64,000 bases of DNA from Vermamoeba vermiformis (lineage: Eukaryota). The DNA lies in the NCBI GenBank assembly GCA_045837725.1, contig JBEWZL010000076.1, positions 372,001 through 436,000 of the forward strand, given 5' to 3'. The translations under genes and the position numbers were made by a program. A model generated the notes under the pieces. That model ran no database searches. It worked only from the letters and a program-made list of their open reading frames with translations, and was not told the origin of the DNA. Shown piece after piece: positions 25,701-39,134 of the stretch; within the stretch, counting starts at the first letter, position 1; each line of letters opens with the position of its first letter.

Positions 25701-28700
25701 ATGTACCGAAGCTGCGTCTTATTTATTGTAGTCTTTATCGCTATTACTAATGGGCAATCGTACCCGTCTTCAGAACGACAATCGTGTCTTAATCTTCCTA
25801 AAGCTGACGGTAAGCTAGAATAAAAAAAACTTTTGCCACATCCACTCATTGCGTTACACACAGGCTACGAAGAAAGAGATCATGCGAACATTGCCCTAAT
25901 CAACTATGCGACAGCTGATATTCATTCGTACATCGTTAGCATCTTGCTGGACGAAGTAGTAGGCGTTCAAAATAACTTGGTAGTCACAGATGCGGAATCG
26001 ATGTGGCCAGAAATCGCTGCGGGACGTATTCATGCGAGTCTGGAGTATTGGTACGTAGCAGGATAATATATTAAAAACTCAACGAACTAATTAATTGTGG
26101 ATGCAGGCCGACCACTCGTGTAGCGGAAGAACAAAAATACTTTTACGAAACCGTTACAAATTCCGTAGTCCGCGTTACTGATTGTTAAATTTAATCTCGT
26201 AGGGTGGTTCATACCTCGCTATGTGCTAGACGATGTTCCGACTGCTCTTGCTGCTGACTTTAAAAATCCGGATGTGGCTGCGTACTTCAACTACACTTTT
26301 ACCGTTGGTGATGCGAGCTGGAGCGGACCAGAGAAGCTCATTATTAAGGAAAACAATTACTCGCTGAACGTAGAAATATTGAGCGGAGCAGTTGAGTTCG
26401 CGACTTTGTTAGCCGATCGCTATGCGAAGAAAGAACCGCTTTTGTTCTTCATGTGGAAGCCCAATCCCCTGCTTAGTATGTACGACTTGGTTAGAGTAAC
26501 GCTCCCTAATGGCGGTAAGTCTATTAACACTTCTGTGCAAGATCTAATTTTTTAACTTTTTCAAATCCAGCGCAAGATTACTATCCAGCCGAAATTTTGA
26601 GCAAATTAATGTGGACAGATTTTGACGAAGATCTCCCCGAGGCAGCTTACCTAGTCCAAGCCTACTCTATGAACACAGCGGAGATTCAAAGCATGATCGA
26701 CGAAATGGTTTTTTTCGGCTGCGCTCGGTCAAAATTGGCTGGAAAAAACCGGGATTTTTCTCGGCAGCAGTCTACTGCCTGGAAAAAAGCGAAATTTCAT
26801 TTTTTTCCAGGCAGTACCGTACTTTTTGGCTTTTTTTTCCAGGCACTTCCTTATTAGGAAGGTGATGTTCGTGCGTGGCTATGTGTTTGCTTGAACTCGT
26901 TACTCGTTCAAGCAAACAAATAGCAAACAATACAATAGGAACGACTGGTTTGCGTCGACGAAATTCATTTTGGTGGTTGAAATCAAAAAAATGGATGCGA
27001 ATCCACACGGATTAGCTTCTCGCGCGCCGAAAAAATATCATTCCAGACTCACCTCCACCTTTACCGCTTTTCCGCTCGTTACCGGCTCGAACTACGTCTC
27101 GCCGGTAATTGTCTCGCTGGGAAAAGCGGTAAATTTTGGAGGTTCGTCGGAAAATAGCTATGAACGGCACATCTGCTTTCGAGTTGGCTTGTCGATGGAT
27201 TCAAAATAACGAAGACAAGTGGCAGAATTGGATTAGTCCATGTAAATACCCTTTGCTTCATCTTTAAGCAAACCTATTCAATTTTGTAGCAACATTTGAC
27301 GCGGTCGAATTTGATATGCAGCTAGCTATGTGGATTCTAACTGGCTTCTGTATATTATGCACGCTGTTTTATATCGTCGTGGTCCTCCGATTGTAAGTAC
27401 ACATGCCCATTCTAAAACAACTACATATTGAGCGGAGCGGATCCGACCTTAACCATCGTTCTTCGAATCACCTATTAATTTTATATATATACAGCCGCAG
27501 ATCTAAGGTCATTATAGCGTCTAGTGGCGTATTCTTAATCTCCATGTGCGTCGGAGGACTGTTAATGTTCGGATCTGTTGCTGCTTTTGCTACAAACACC
27601 ACGATTGGCTGCAACGTATTTATATGGTTGTTGCCTATTGGATTTGCTCTATTATTCGGGTACGTTATAATGAATCGTTATTATTAAAACAATCATTTTC
27701 AGCTGGTACATCCGGTACACGAGATCCATTAATCTACTACCAATGCTTCTTTTATTATAATATTAGTATATTATAATCCAATAGATGTATTTTACTAATA
27801 TTTGTCAATTAGGTCGCTGTTCGCGAAGACTGGTCGCATCTACTTGCTGTTCTCGAATAAGTCGCTGCAGATCGTCAAGTACACTGACCGCGATGTAGCA
27901 CTGTGCGTAGCAGTGGTACTAGTAGGTGAAATAGTCGTATTGTCGGTGATGACTGGCTTACAACCCGCTGAGTTTGTGTTTCAACACGAAGATCTGATCG
28001 AGTACACTTTTTGTCGATTTCATGTAGCTACCGGCATCACTTTATTGGCTTATAATGCAAGTATTGTCTTATTATATCAGTTAATTTATACAATTCCCTC
28101 TTGAATTAATTCTGATTTATTTTTATTCGAATTTCAGGGCTTAATTATCATCTTTGGCATTATCATCGCTGCACTTGTTAGTAAACTAAGATTAACGCTA
28201 TATAACGAATCAAAATACATCGCGTTATCCGTATGTACCAATACAATACCTACAGAGCTATTGGATCCGACTCGCTAACCGGATTTAGACGTACAACTTC
28301 GCCTTTGTAGTTATATTCGTCGTGGTCATATTCCTCGTAGACGACGCACCTGTTCGCTTTGCCCTAGTCTGCCTGTGCATATTATTCATTGGCCTAGTCT
28401 CGCTGAGCATTCTCTTCATTCCGAAAATCATTCTATTGTTCGGCTACAACGAAGAAGAATTGCAAGAAATGAACGAGTCGCAGTTACAAGCTGTTATTCG
28501 CTCTTATACAAAGAAGTTTGGGTCATCGAGCGATCAAAAAACATCGACCAACAAAGGCGGCAATAGTTCGTACAAAAGTCAAACTGGATCTACTTGCGAA
28601 GATGAAATGGCGAACTTGGCGAGTAGTGTTAAAGGTCTTAGCAATCAACTAGACGAGCTTAAGAAAGAGAATAAGAAACTACGCGAGACTTCGCCGAACG

Positions 28701-28825
28701 AGTACCGAGATCTGTATGAAAAATATTATCACGAGAACATGGTCCTGAAGAATAGGATATTCGAGCTTGAAGGGAGATTACGAAAATTGGAACAAATGCC
28801 ACTAACTACCACCACTGAGAACTAA
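25701..28825 (+). CDS. Class C (GABA-B-like) GPCR with ProX/OpuAC-like solute-binding ectodomain and coiled-coil tail; possibly disrupted
   Basis: Signal peptide. Ectodomain motifs IAAGRIHASLEYW, GWFIPRY, EPLLFFMWKP and LACRWIQNNEDKWQNW. 7tm_3 motifs GFALLFG, LFAKTGRI, NESKYIALS and LFIPKI. Confidence 0.8.
26708..27157. mobile_element. ~450-bp palindrome-rich insertion or atypical intron within the GPCR ectodomain
   Basis: It separates SMIDEM from AMNGTSAFELACRW, contains three long hairpins, and has imperfect inverted ends. Confidence 0.55.
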
Positions 28826-29258
28826 ATCAGGGAAAATTGTAAACATCGTTAGAATGAGAGCGTCCCTTGTAAAATAGCATCAAATCATCATCTATTTATA
28901 AGTAAAATGTCCAGTAATAACTACAACCTGTTCTTCATCACGTTAGCTAGTGGTTGAACCATGTGTCGATACAGTGGACCTTGCTTGAAAGTGCCGTCAA
29001 CAAACTCCGCACTTGGACCAATGGTCAAGTGCCTTTAGTCTGCAACAACTAAGCCGAGACCTCATTGAAATCCTCTTTCGTCGCGCTGTTTAGCACTCCT
29101 CGTGTGAAGATCCTGCTTGGTCTTTCCCTCTCGTGATGTAACTGTCATTTAATTTAATGTCAGAGTTGTCAGATTGAACGAAACGGAGCGGAAAGAGATT
29201 TCAATGTTAAGGCGGCCCGTCTTTGATTATTTTCTTTTTTATCTTTTAAAGCAACACA

Positions 29259-30525
29259 ATGATATGGTATATTTGTGGCTTGTTGCTATTTGGCTATTTG
29301 TTGCTGGTGCTGCGAACATACAAATCTGTCAAACTAACTCCGCGCGTGCAAGACTGGTTAACCAGCGGAGCTTACTATAATTATGCAAATAATATTCGTA
29401 TATTTTACCGAGAATACAGAACAGCTTTGAAGAATCAGCCTCGAAAAAAAATTCTATTGCTGCTTCACGGATTTCCTTCTAGTTCTTGGGACTGGCACCG
29501 AATATGGCAGCCATTATGTGATAAGTACGAATTTTTTAGATTTAATTGAATTAATTCTAATTTGCAATTAGTTTCGACCAGATTATTGCGCCAGACTTCA
29601 TTGGCTTTGGGTTCTCAGACAAGCCTTCGTCCTTTAACTATTCGATTATGGCACAAACAGACATGGTCATTGATGTGCTATCCAAGCTGGTGGACACAAA
29701 TCGACTGAACAGGTACCTTTTTTAATTTAATCTGTGCTTATCGGATCTGATCCACTGGCAGCATTGAAGTGTTGAGCCACGACTACGGCGTCAGTGTTGC
29801 GCAAGAACTCATCGCACGTAATGACGAAGGGTCTTTGCCTCAGTGTAAGTGCGATTGTTTGACACGTGTCACTGCTCACCACATTGTTCAGGGCTCAGCA
29901 TTCACAGAACGGCGTTCTTGAATGGAGGATTGATAGCCGCACTGCATCGACCACGCTTGATACAACGAATACTCCACAGCCCCCTCGGTGAAGGTACGGC
30001 ACTGTCAACCCTCGCTCCACACTCACTGCTCTTGTAGTATTCAAGTATTTGATCACACAACGCAGCTTTGCACGCAGTTTCAATAAGATCATCGGCGACA
30101 ACAAGCTGTCGTCAACTGAGCTCGCTGAGGTACGTGCTTTGCTGCCGATGATTGTCTAACATTGTAACAGTACTGGTCACTGAATTGTTACAACGGAGGA
30201 CTGCGCATTGTGAACAAGTTGCTGCACTACATGAGTGACAGACGAGTGCACGGTGAGCGCTGGGTCAATGCACTGCATTCGAAGAAAGTGCAAGTGCTCG
30301 TGCTGAATGGCCCTGCTGATCCTGTCAGGTACGAACTCGTTCTTTGAGAACTCACGCTAACTCAAGCCGTTTAGCGGCGCCCATCTGGCCGACGCAGTTC
30401 GTTGTCAAGTGCCGACTGCGCGAGTGATGCCATTGGCTGAAGAGATCGGACATTATCCGCAGCTAGAGTGCCCGCAAGAAGTGTTGCATTATTGTTTGGA
30501 GTTCTTTAACTCCTCAACCAAGTAA
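29259..30525 (+). CDS. MEST-like alpha/beta hydrolase (epoxide hydrolase family)
   Basis: LLLHGFPSSSWDW, APDFIGFGFSDKP, SHDYGVSVAQEL and IGHYPQLE; N-terminal TM segment. Confidence 0.9.
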
Positions 30526-30623
30526 CCAACCAGATGCTTGGTGTTGGCAGTGTACAAAAACTTAGTTAATTTTTTAAAACCTGCAAGGGGCTGATTTTAT
30601 TACTACTACTACTGTGGCAATTA

Positions 30624-33473
30624 TTACTTGGGCTTGTCCTTAGACTCCTTGAGCGAAACGGTGCGGTTGAATACGTAGTGACCACCATCCTTAGTGTCAG
30701 GATCAACACAGAAGTAGCCGTGACGCTCGAACTGCAACTTGGAACCAACATTGAGGCCAACAAGGGCGTGAGGATCAATGAACACATCGTGAACGTCGAC
30801 ACGGGACTGAGGGTTCAAGTCACCGAGCCAGTCGTCCAAAGAGCCAGGGTTCTTGCTCTTGAACAGCTTGTCGTACAATCGAACCTCAATCTTAGCGGGT
30901 TCTTTGCCAGGCTCGGGCTGAGCGACCCAGTGCAAGTGACCCTTCAACTTCATCTTGGCAATCGCGTCCTTGTCCTTCTCGCAAATGGCCATCAATTCGA
31001 CAATATTGCCGTTGGCGTCCTTCTTAGCGTCGGTGATAGCAATGGGATAAGCGTACTTCAAACCGACCCACTTGGGCTTGTTGTCAGCAGTCTTCAGAGC
31101 CAAACCGAAGAAGTTCTTGACGTCCTCTTCTTTGAAATCTGATCGTTCAATGTAGACAACGTTGGACAAAGGAACGGTGTGCGTGCCGTGCTCGGGCTTG
31201 CCAGGGAAGTTCAAAACATCGATCTTCTCGACACCACCGGTCCAGTTGGTGATGGTGACCTTGAGGGGCTCCATAACAGCCATGACACGAGGGGCCAACT
31301 GTCAAACAGCAACGTCAGTACGAAATCCACAATAGAAGTAGCGTGATACTTACAATGTTGAGGTGCTCTCGGACGTGGTTCTCGAGCACTTCGAAGTCGA
31401 TGGTGACAGTAGTGTTACGAGTGACACCAATGTCCTCGCAGAAAGTGTTGATGGCTTCAGGAGTGAAACCACGGCGACGGTAACCGACAATGGTGGGCAT
31501 ACGTGGATCATCCCAGCCAGAGACGTACTTGTCCTCCACCAGCCTGATCAGACGGCGCTTGCTGAGCACGCAGTTGGTCAAGTTCAAGCGACCGTACTCC
31601 CAGACAACAGGCTTGTAAATGCCGAGTTCTTCGAGCAACCAGAAGTAGGACTGACGACGAACTTCAAACTCGAGTGTGCACAACGAGTGAGTGATGTCTT
31701 CGAGCGAGTCGTTGATGCAGTGAGTGTAGTCGTATGAAGGATAGATGCACCACTTCTCGCCAATGTGAGGGTGAGGAACGTACTTGATACGATAAGCAAT
31801 CAAGTCGCGCATGACGGTGTTCTCGTGGTTCATGTCCATCTTCAAACGCAGAGTGGCAGCACCTTCCTCGAACTTGCCCTTCTTCATGTCCTCGAACAAC
31901 TTCAACGACTCTTCAATGGGACGATCTCTCCAAGGACTGGGGATCTTCTCAGCTCTGCATCGCTTAATTTCTTCGGGGGTCTGGTGGCACACGAAAGCCT
32001 TGTCTTTCTTAATCAACTCCACAGCAAAGTCGTACAACTGGTCCAAGTAGTCGGAAGCATACGTGATCTTCCAGGGCTTGTGACCCATCCAACCAACGGT
32101 CTAACGAATGTTAATATTGCACGCAGTAAAGTAATATACGATACATACATCGATGATTGAGTTGATATATTCAACGCTCTCCTTCTCGGGATTGGTGTCA
32201 TCAAATCGCAAGTAGCACTTGCCGCCCATCTTCTTGGCATAGCCAAAGCTGAGGTTCATAGCCTTAGCGTGACCAATGTGCAAGTAACCCTAAAATCACA
32301 GGTTAGCGCGCTGTGTTTGTGTCATAATCAACAACTTACGTTAGGCTCGGGAGGGAAACGAGTGACAACCACGCCACCAGTGCGTGCCAAGTGCTCCTTG
32401 AGCAACTCTTCTTTGTCCTGCTTGTTGTCGTGAGGATCCGGGAAAGTAATGGTCTCGGCAATCTTGGGCTTTTCTTCGTCCTTCAAGCGAGTGGACAACT
32501 AAGAACGCATGAGTAAGGTGCTCATTGGTGCACGATCAACTAATGAGACTTACATCAGCCTTGGGAGCCTTGGTCTGTTTTGGCTTAACAGTTTTGTTAA
32601 TTTCAGCGTCACGCGGACCCAAAACAGCCAAAATCTGTTCATCAAAGTGCTTTCTCAACAAAGCACTACGAGGGAATATTATTAATAAAGAGTACGTAAA
32701 AAGAATTTCAAAAAATTACCCGTCAGCGAAGGGCAACTTGGCCTTGAGAATGCTCATTACAGGGGTGTAAGCCTGGTATCTCTTTTCGTTGAGCTCGTCA
32801 GTGTTAGCAGCAATAGCGGCCTTGACTTCGTTAATAATGTCGGCTTCAGTGACTTCAACGCCTATTCAATGCACGATCACGTCAATTTCAGATCTATTGA
32901 ATGAAAATTTTTGGAGAGTTGATTTGCTATTGCATATTTTTCATTATTATCGTTCATTTGTTTACTTACCAACACCAGAATCCTTCTCGAAGGCCTCGAT
33001 CGAGATTTCAGAATCTTTGTTGGCCTTCAAATGCTTAACTGCAGCTTCGAACTGAGCAGGTGATTTGATTTTGCTCGTGGCAATATATTTAGCGAGCAAA
33101 GGTCGGTGTTTAATAGCTTCTTTCGGGAACTTGCTGCCCGCAGTGTCAGCCAAAAGGGCTCTAACAGACTTCTCTGTCTTTGTAGAAACTCCAGCCTATT
33201 TTAAGAATTAATTAAATAACATGGTCGCTATCAACTTTATGATTATTAATTTTTAGACCGCTTGCTAAATTTTAAATTAAAAACGGATGGTTGATGCGAT
33301 CTTGTCAATAGCAAACCATTTGTGTATATTAAATTATAGATCGCTATAAATACCTCTCTTAAGACTTTAACGAGCTCCTCTGTTAATTTCTTGTTCTTCA
33401 GAATATCGGTGAGGTTCTGTCCCTCATATCCGACTTCTTTCAATAAAATTTCGTTTGCGCTAGGTTCAGTCAT
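30624..33473 (-). CDS. QARS1: Cytosolic glutaminyl-tRNA synthetase
   Basis: [56 protein letters not shown] and QFERHGYF; eukaryotic N-terminal extension. Confidence 0.97.
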
Positions 33474-33645
33474 TGTGTATGAATGTAACTTGTAAACAAA
33501 CAAAACTAACGCTAGTATGATAAACCTGCGCTTCTGTTAATTTTATCAAAATTATTTTATGTTGCGTTTCCCGCGCTGTTTGAACGTTGCGATTTTTGAA
33601 AATCAAGTTCTTTTATCGTTTATGTATTAAAGAGGCTAATCCATC

Positions 33646-34729
33646 ATGTACAAATTAATTAGGCAATCAAAAACAGAAACGAAAGAAATTGATCTTCCGT
33701 TTGATCGCCTTTCTGAGATCTTTATTGGAAGGTGCGTTTGAGCTTTTCGATGTCGACTCATAATTAACATATTAAATAGCACCCCCGAATGCCTTATTCA
33801 GCTTCCCAAGCTCAACGACTGCGCTGAGAAAGTCTGCTCCCTTGAATTGTTAGACGATCGAGTAAGCTTTGTTAGATAACTGCGCTAATAATTCCATACT
33901 AATATTTTAATAGGTTTGGGTTATTAAAAATCCATCCTTTAAAGGCGATGTACAATGCAATACTCAATCGATCTCGGACAAAATATTTTTAAAAAAAGGA
34001 GACCTGCTCACAATTGCTCTGGGCACAAAGAAAATGTCATTTGCTTTCGATCAAAGGTGCGTACTATTTTCTGACAACTCGCGTGGTGACATTGGTGGAT
34101 TTTTGAGCATGTACTACGAATGGCTCCGTGCGTAATCACTAACACCGTCTCTTTATAGTGATACTCCACTAAGGAAGAAGCACGCACGTTCGTTGACTCC
34201 AGGCAAGCGGAGTGACGATAAAGAAAATTCGAGCCCGAACGTCCAAAAGCCAAACAAAGAACGAACAGACAAGAAAGCAAAGAAAACAGAGGACGATGTG
34301 CAAACTCATTACTTGTTAATTCAGAAGTTTATTCTTGAGCAAAATGAATTTGTTTTGGTACGAGCAGTAGATTCGATTAGATCGCACGCTAACATAACTT
34401 CTATAGCAATTAAAATCAGAAAACGAACGGCTAAAAGAGGAAACGAAACGATTTTTACCAGAACACGTCGGCACGCTCTCGATCCGCGAAGTTGAACAGA
34501 TCGAAAACCAACTACAAAAGCTGCTACGCGAAATTGAAAAGATTAGAGTGAGTATTTTTTAAATAATTTTCTAGGCGTCAATATTAATCATTATTAAAAG
34601 AACGAGAAGGAAATTGAGGCGCAAAAGTGCCACTTATGTCGGCAAAAACCTAAAAGTCGAATGGTTTTCCTCGGATCCAAGTGCCTCTGTGAGTCCTGTT
34701 CAGATAATAATATGCTGACCTTCTTTTAA
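33646..34729 (+). CDS. FHA-like domain, coiled coil and degenerate C-terminal RING-like finger protein
   Basis: Spliced N-terminus EIFIGSTPECLIQL...FLKKGDLLTI is FHA-like, but the phospho-binding residues are not obvious. C-terminus is CHLCRQKPK...CLCESC. Confidence 0.5.
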
Positions 34730-35120
34730 ATTGTATTATAATATAAATAGCAAATCTAATTTATTCTCATTTTCATGAATTTCTCGATCCCTGCAACCAA
34801 AATTTGTCCGCTTATAAGGATTGAACGATAAGTAATATATTATAAGCTACTGAATACGCCTTGCAACTGGTACAAGGCAACTAACCAAATCCCCGATTCA
34901 CACCCAAAAGCACCGCGTGACTACGGAGTTGGTCTCGCGGACACAACCAAAAACAGTTCGAGAAACTATTGTTATTTTAACAACATTGCTTCTGTTGGTT
35001 ACAACATATTGCAAAACGTAAGTCAGTGTTTTCTATGTCATCGAGATCTTCTGGAAGATCCACCAGCCCCCTCGTTTCGAAAAGGAATAACTGACTTGTT
35101 TTTGCAGAAACACATCAATA

Positions 35121-36393
35121 ATGAGCTCAGATAACTTTCAACCCGCTATTCTCACCGGTGTCGACGGTCACGGAGTCTTTCTGACCGGTAATTTACCTCA
35201 TCCCACGCAGATGGACGGCTGCACGCACGTCCTCCAACTTCTGCACAGCGAAAACATAAGACTCATAATTGACATTGATATTCTTAGTTCATCTCCACAA
35301 TGAAGCGATCTCGGATCCGTATTACAAATACGTCGCAGGCGTTTTTCCGACCCTCGTTAACAAAATAGTAACTCAGGTACATACAAATATTAATTAATAT
35401 TATCATTATTAACTAGCATTATAGTACAAGCTCAACAATGAAGAGGCCAAGTTACAGGGAACTATCGGCTTTGGTGTCAGACTGACCGAAAAATTCTTCA
35501 AACAACCCACAGAACTCAGCACTTCTTCATACGAATCCGTTGTTAGCAGCGCTAAATATTTCCCAGGTAAACTCACCAGATCCGCATGTTTTGATGCACA
35601 ACTAACGAATCGACATTCAGCCACTGGTGGTGACATCTTCGTTCACATTAAGTCTGCTCGTCGTGACGCTTGCTTCTTGTTGACCCAAGAATTCTACTCG
35701 CTCTTGCCCAAGAAGCACATTAAGCATATCGATGAGGTCGACGGCTGGGTATTTTTGAACAGCCAAGATCTTTCGGGATTCGAAGACGGCGCCGCAAATC
35801 CGAAGGGCAGTGCAAAGAAACTCGCCGCCGTTGTGGACGAGCGCACTGTAAGTTGGTTCAAGATGCTTTTATTTGACCCGAGCTAACCCGCTGCTAAAGG
35901 ATAAGAACCATCTTGGTGGATCGTACGCCATTGGTCAAAAATGGATCCACGATTTGGACCAATTGAACAAAATGCCTCTTAAAGCTCAAGAAGCCATGGT
36001 CGGTCGTACCAAGGTTGAGAATATGAAGATTATCGATCGCCCTGAGACCTCTCACGTCTCCAGAATGACTGTCGACGGCGAAGATATGAAGATCCATCGC
36101 CAATCAATGCCTTTTGGCAATATTTTGGTAAGCCGCTATATTATGCTCATAATTTAGACCAAGAGCGCTTCTAACGCTCGCTACTGCAGGAACACGGTTT
36201 GTTCTTCATCGGCTACTCAAACACCATTTACAAGTTCAAGCGCATGTTGCAGCGCATGGACGGCAGTGAAGACAAGCGAAAAGACGCCATTATTAGCTAC
36301 TCCAAGCCCGTTGCTGGAAACTTCTGGTACATGCCCTCACTCGATGAGCTCAAGCAGCTGCTCGCTGAAAACCCGAGCCCCTCCAAATTGTAA
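35121..36393 (+). CDS. Dye-decolorizing (DyP-type, YfeX-like) heme peroxidase
   Basis: TGGDIFVHI, DLSGFEDGAANP (GXXDG), GGSYAIGQKWIHDL, SHVSR, IHRQSMPFG, GLFFIGY and FWYMPS. Confidence 0.92.
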
Positions 36394-36494
36394 ACATATA
36401 GATGTAGTGCCCTTGTAATAAATATCATAATTTAAATGCTTCGAGTCAATGAGAGTTTATTGTTTTCTGGATCCAAGTTGAGACAACAAATCAA

Positions 36495-37779
36495 ATGTTC
36501 AAAACTGTTACAAACACCGTATGCTGCACCGCACGCAATGTGTTGCAGACTAGCGCCAAAAAAAGTTTGAATAAGACGAATGTATTTGCAAATCTGAATC
36601 AAGCCCAAAAAAAACGCAATTTCGCCTCCAAAGGCAGCAATATTTTTTCCCCTATGTTAGATAAATTACACGACATCGGAAAGGTAATAATAAATCTTTA
36701 GAGACGTACTAGAATTTTTCTATTATTTTTGTTACTAATTATTAATTTGCAGCGTGAACCTTCAGTCAACGCTTTGATCCCATATGTATTAGAAACAACG
36801 TCACATGGCGAACGAGCTTACGATATATTTTCTCGATTAATGAAGGAGCGCATTATCTTACTTTCAGGCGAGGTAAATAGTTGCCGTTCAACTAGCCCAA
36901 TCGTTACTGACGAGACCGTACTGATAGGTCGAAGATAATATGGCTTCTATTATCGTAGCGCAATTGCTGTTTTTGGAAAATCAAGGAAGCAATAAGCCGA
37001 TCCATATTTACATCAACAGTCCTGGTGGTGGTAAGGCTTGTCAATGAATTTCTCTAAATATATCGATCGCTGCGATATCTATATGAGATTGTTTGATGAT
37101 ACGAAGAGATTGCATGGTGAACTCATTACTAACCCGCATCTAGTTGTCACGTCTGGTCTCGCCATTTATGACACGATGCAATACATTCAATCGCCCGTAT
37201 CAACGCTGTGCCTTGGTCAAGCCTGTTCAATGGCCTCGCTATTATTAGCAGCTGGATCACCTGTATGTATCATACTCCGGAATTCTGGACTTGATTGTAA
37301 ACATTAGGAACTCACGACTCATTGATAGGGTCTGCGACGAGCTCTTCCTAACAGTCGCGTCATGTTACATCAACCTCTCGGCGGTTTTTCTGTGAGTCAG
37401 ACTTTTAATTAAATTGAAGGGTTGGCACTTTGACTGACAAACCTTACTTACTCCTACCTAACTATTCAGGGCCAAGCTAGCGACATTGAAATCCACGCAC
37501 GTGAGATATTGGAAATCAAGAAACGATTGAACTTGTTGTACGTCAAGCACACGGGCAGACCTTTGGCTGAGATCGGTTAGTACTCACTACCTGCGTCAAT
37601 CTGATGCTTTGGTGCTAATACTTATCATGCTTCCAACAGAAAAAGTCACTGATCGTGACTACTGGCTGTCAGCTGAAGACGCTAAGAATTTTGGAATTGT
37701 GGATGCCGTTATTACAAAGCGAACTGGCGATGTTTCGGCATTGCGACCTGATGCAACCGCAGCGAAGACAGACAACTAA
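36495..37779 (+). CDS. CLPP: Mitochondrial ATP-dependent Clp protease proteolytic subunit
   Basis: [59 protein letters not shown] and [11 protein letters not shown]; presequence-like N-terminus. Confidence 0.96.
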
Positions 37780-38116
37780 TAAACACGCGAAGTATTAACA
37801 TATCTCGCGTCAATAGGACTGCATACTCGTCCGGTTGGTTGTGCCGAGGATCCAAACGACTTCGTGAATGGAACCCGCTCGTCATCATGGAACGGTACGT
37901 TCAATTAATTATTAAGAAAGGTATATTCCGACAGTTCTTATGTATTACTTAACGCTTTATGCAATAAGGCAAAATTTAAATGTTTAACGTTGTGAATTTA
38001 TGGGCGTATTACGCCGTGCCCACCAAAATCTGAATTCCTTGCTCATTAATTAACGAGTTAAATTTATATATTTATGGAAAGGTTAAATTTGGTTGCATTT
38101 TTAGTCGCGTAGTGAT

Positions 38117-38793
38117 CTCAATTGTTGCGGACATGACGTTTGTCATTTTCTGTCCCGTCCTAAACCAAATCCAGCTAAAAATCACCTATATGTTTCCTGA
38201 TCACCTTTCTTTTGAGCTGTTTCTCTCTATTTTTTTCTGCATGCACGTCATATTCGAAGACAGACTTCAGCACCGCTTTACGCTCGGAGGTCAGGCTTTG
38301 TTCAATCCGGTCGAGGATCTGCGCTCTCATCGACGGCTCTTGCGACATCTTCATAGTTCGTCTTTTTACTCTTAAATTGAGTCCTCTATTAGCGAGACAA
38401 AGTTAGTTTTCCTAACGTTTAAGATAATCTCGATTTTTTGCTAGCGATAATTAATTAATTAAACGCCAGTACGTGACCTTTGTCAAGGCGTTCTAGTCGC
38501 TTTAATTCTATATAATCGGTACGTACTGCGCGGAAATAAAATTTCTACGCTGAATTTTCGCCGAGAAACTCGTGCCTTGTGCTTTGTCCGATTCGCCGGA
38601 TCCAGTGTTCGTGGATTTATACTCCTTCGAAATGGATTCTGCCTCCCGGCAATTTACTACGGGCTCTATATCGTCCGACCATTTCTCTCTTAATTGATTG
38701 TTCAATTTAATCGCTCTGGCAACGTCGATACTCGAATTCTGCTTCGGATTAGTAAGCTAAGACTTTTCGCGCCTTTACCTTGCTATGGTCCAT
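38117..38793 (-). CDS. Small multi-exon hypothetical protein
   Basis: ATG at 38793 and in-phase GT-AG joins give MDHSK/NSSIDVARAIKLNNQLREKW...FISAQ/GLNLRVKRRTMK...KQLKRK/DGTENDKRHVRNN. Confidence 0.5.
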
Positions 38794-39134
38794 CTCTTCG
38801 AGTTGGTATTAGTCAATTATGTTGCTCAGATGGTAAACAATCGCGTAAACGCAGAATTGCGCAAACCATGTAAAGGACACGAAAACGGAGAAAATGATGT
38901 TACGCGATATTGCGTGTACTAACGGTCAATTCCATAATTAGTGTATTTAACTGCCGTGTAGGGCACGCTCGCTTTATTATCGTATACACAGTGGAAGAAA
39001 TCTTTAAGAAAGATCTGACATTTTGCTGCGGATTTGACAAAATTGGTAAGTTTACGGCAATTATACCTTTATTTACATGTTTTTTCTATACAATAAATAC
39101 AATTTACGATCTTAACAAAATTGCAACGTAGGGC

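Noticed and set aside
28920-29150. Protein-like minus-strand fragment (HLTIGPSAEFVDGTFKQGPLY...) and a small hairpin
   Set aside because: I found no consistent start or in-phase splice chain, so a gene call is unsupported.
30566-32160. Long plus-strand and alternative-frame ORFs overlapping GlnRS (also seen over TPP2, Aurora and WDR46)
   Set aside because: These are shadow ORFs produced by strong codon bias in highly expressed genes.
37800-37900. Minus-strand ATGATGA with a stem, suggesting a SECIS or C/D snoRNA
   Set aside because: There is no apical AA and no properly placed box D, and the upstream gene's spliced frame has no in-frame TGA.
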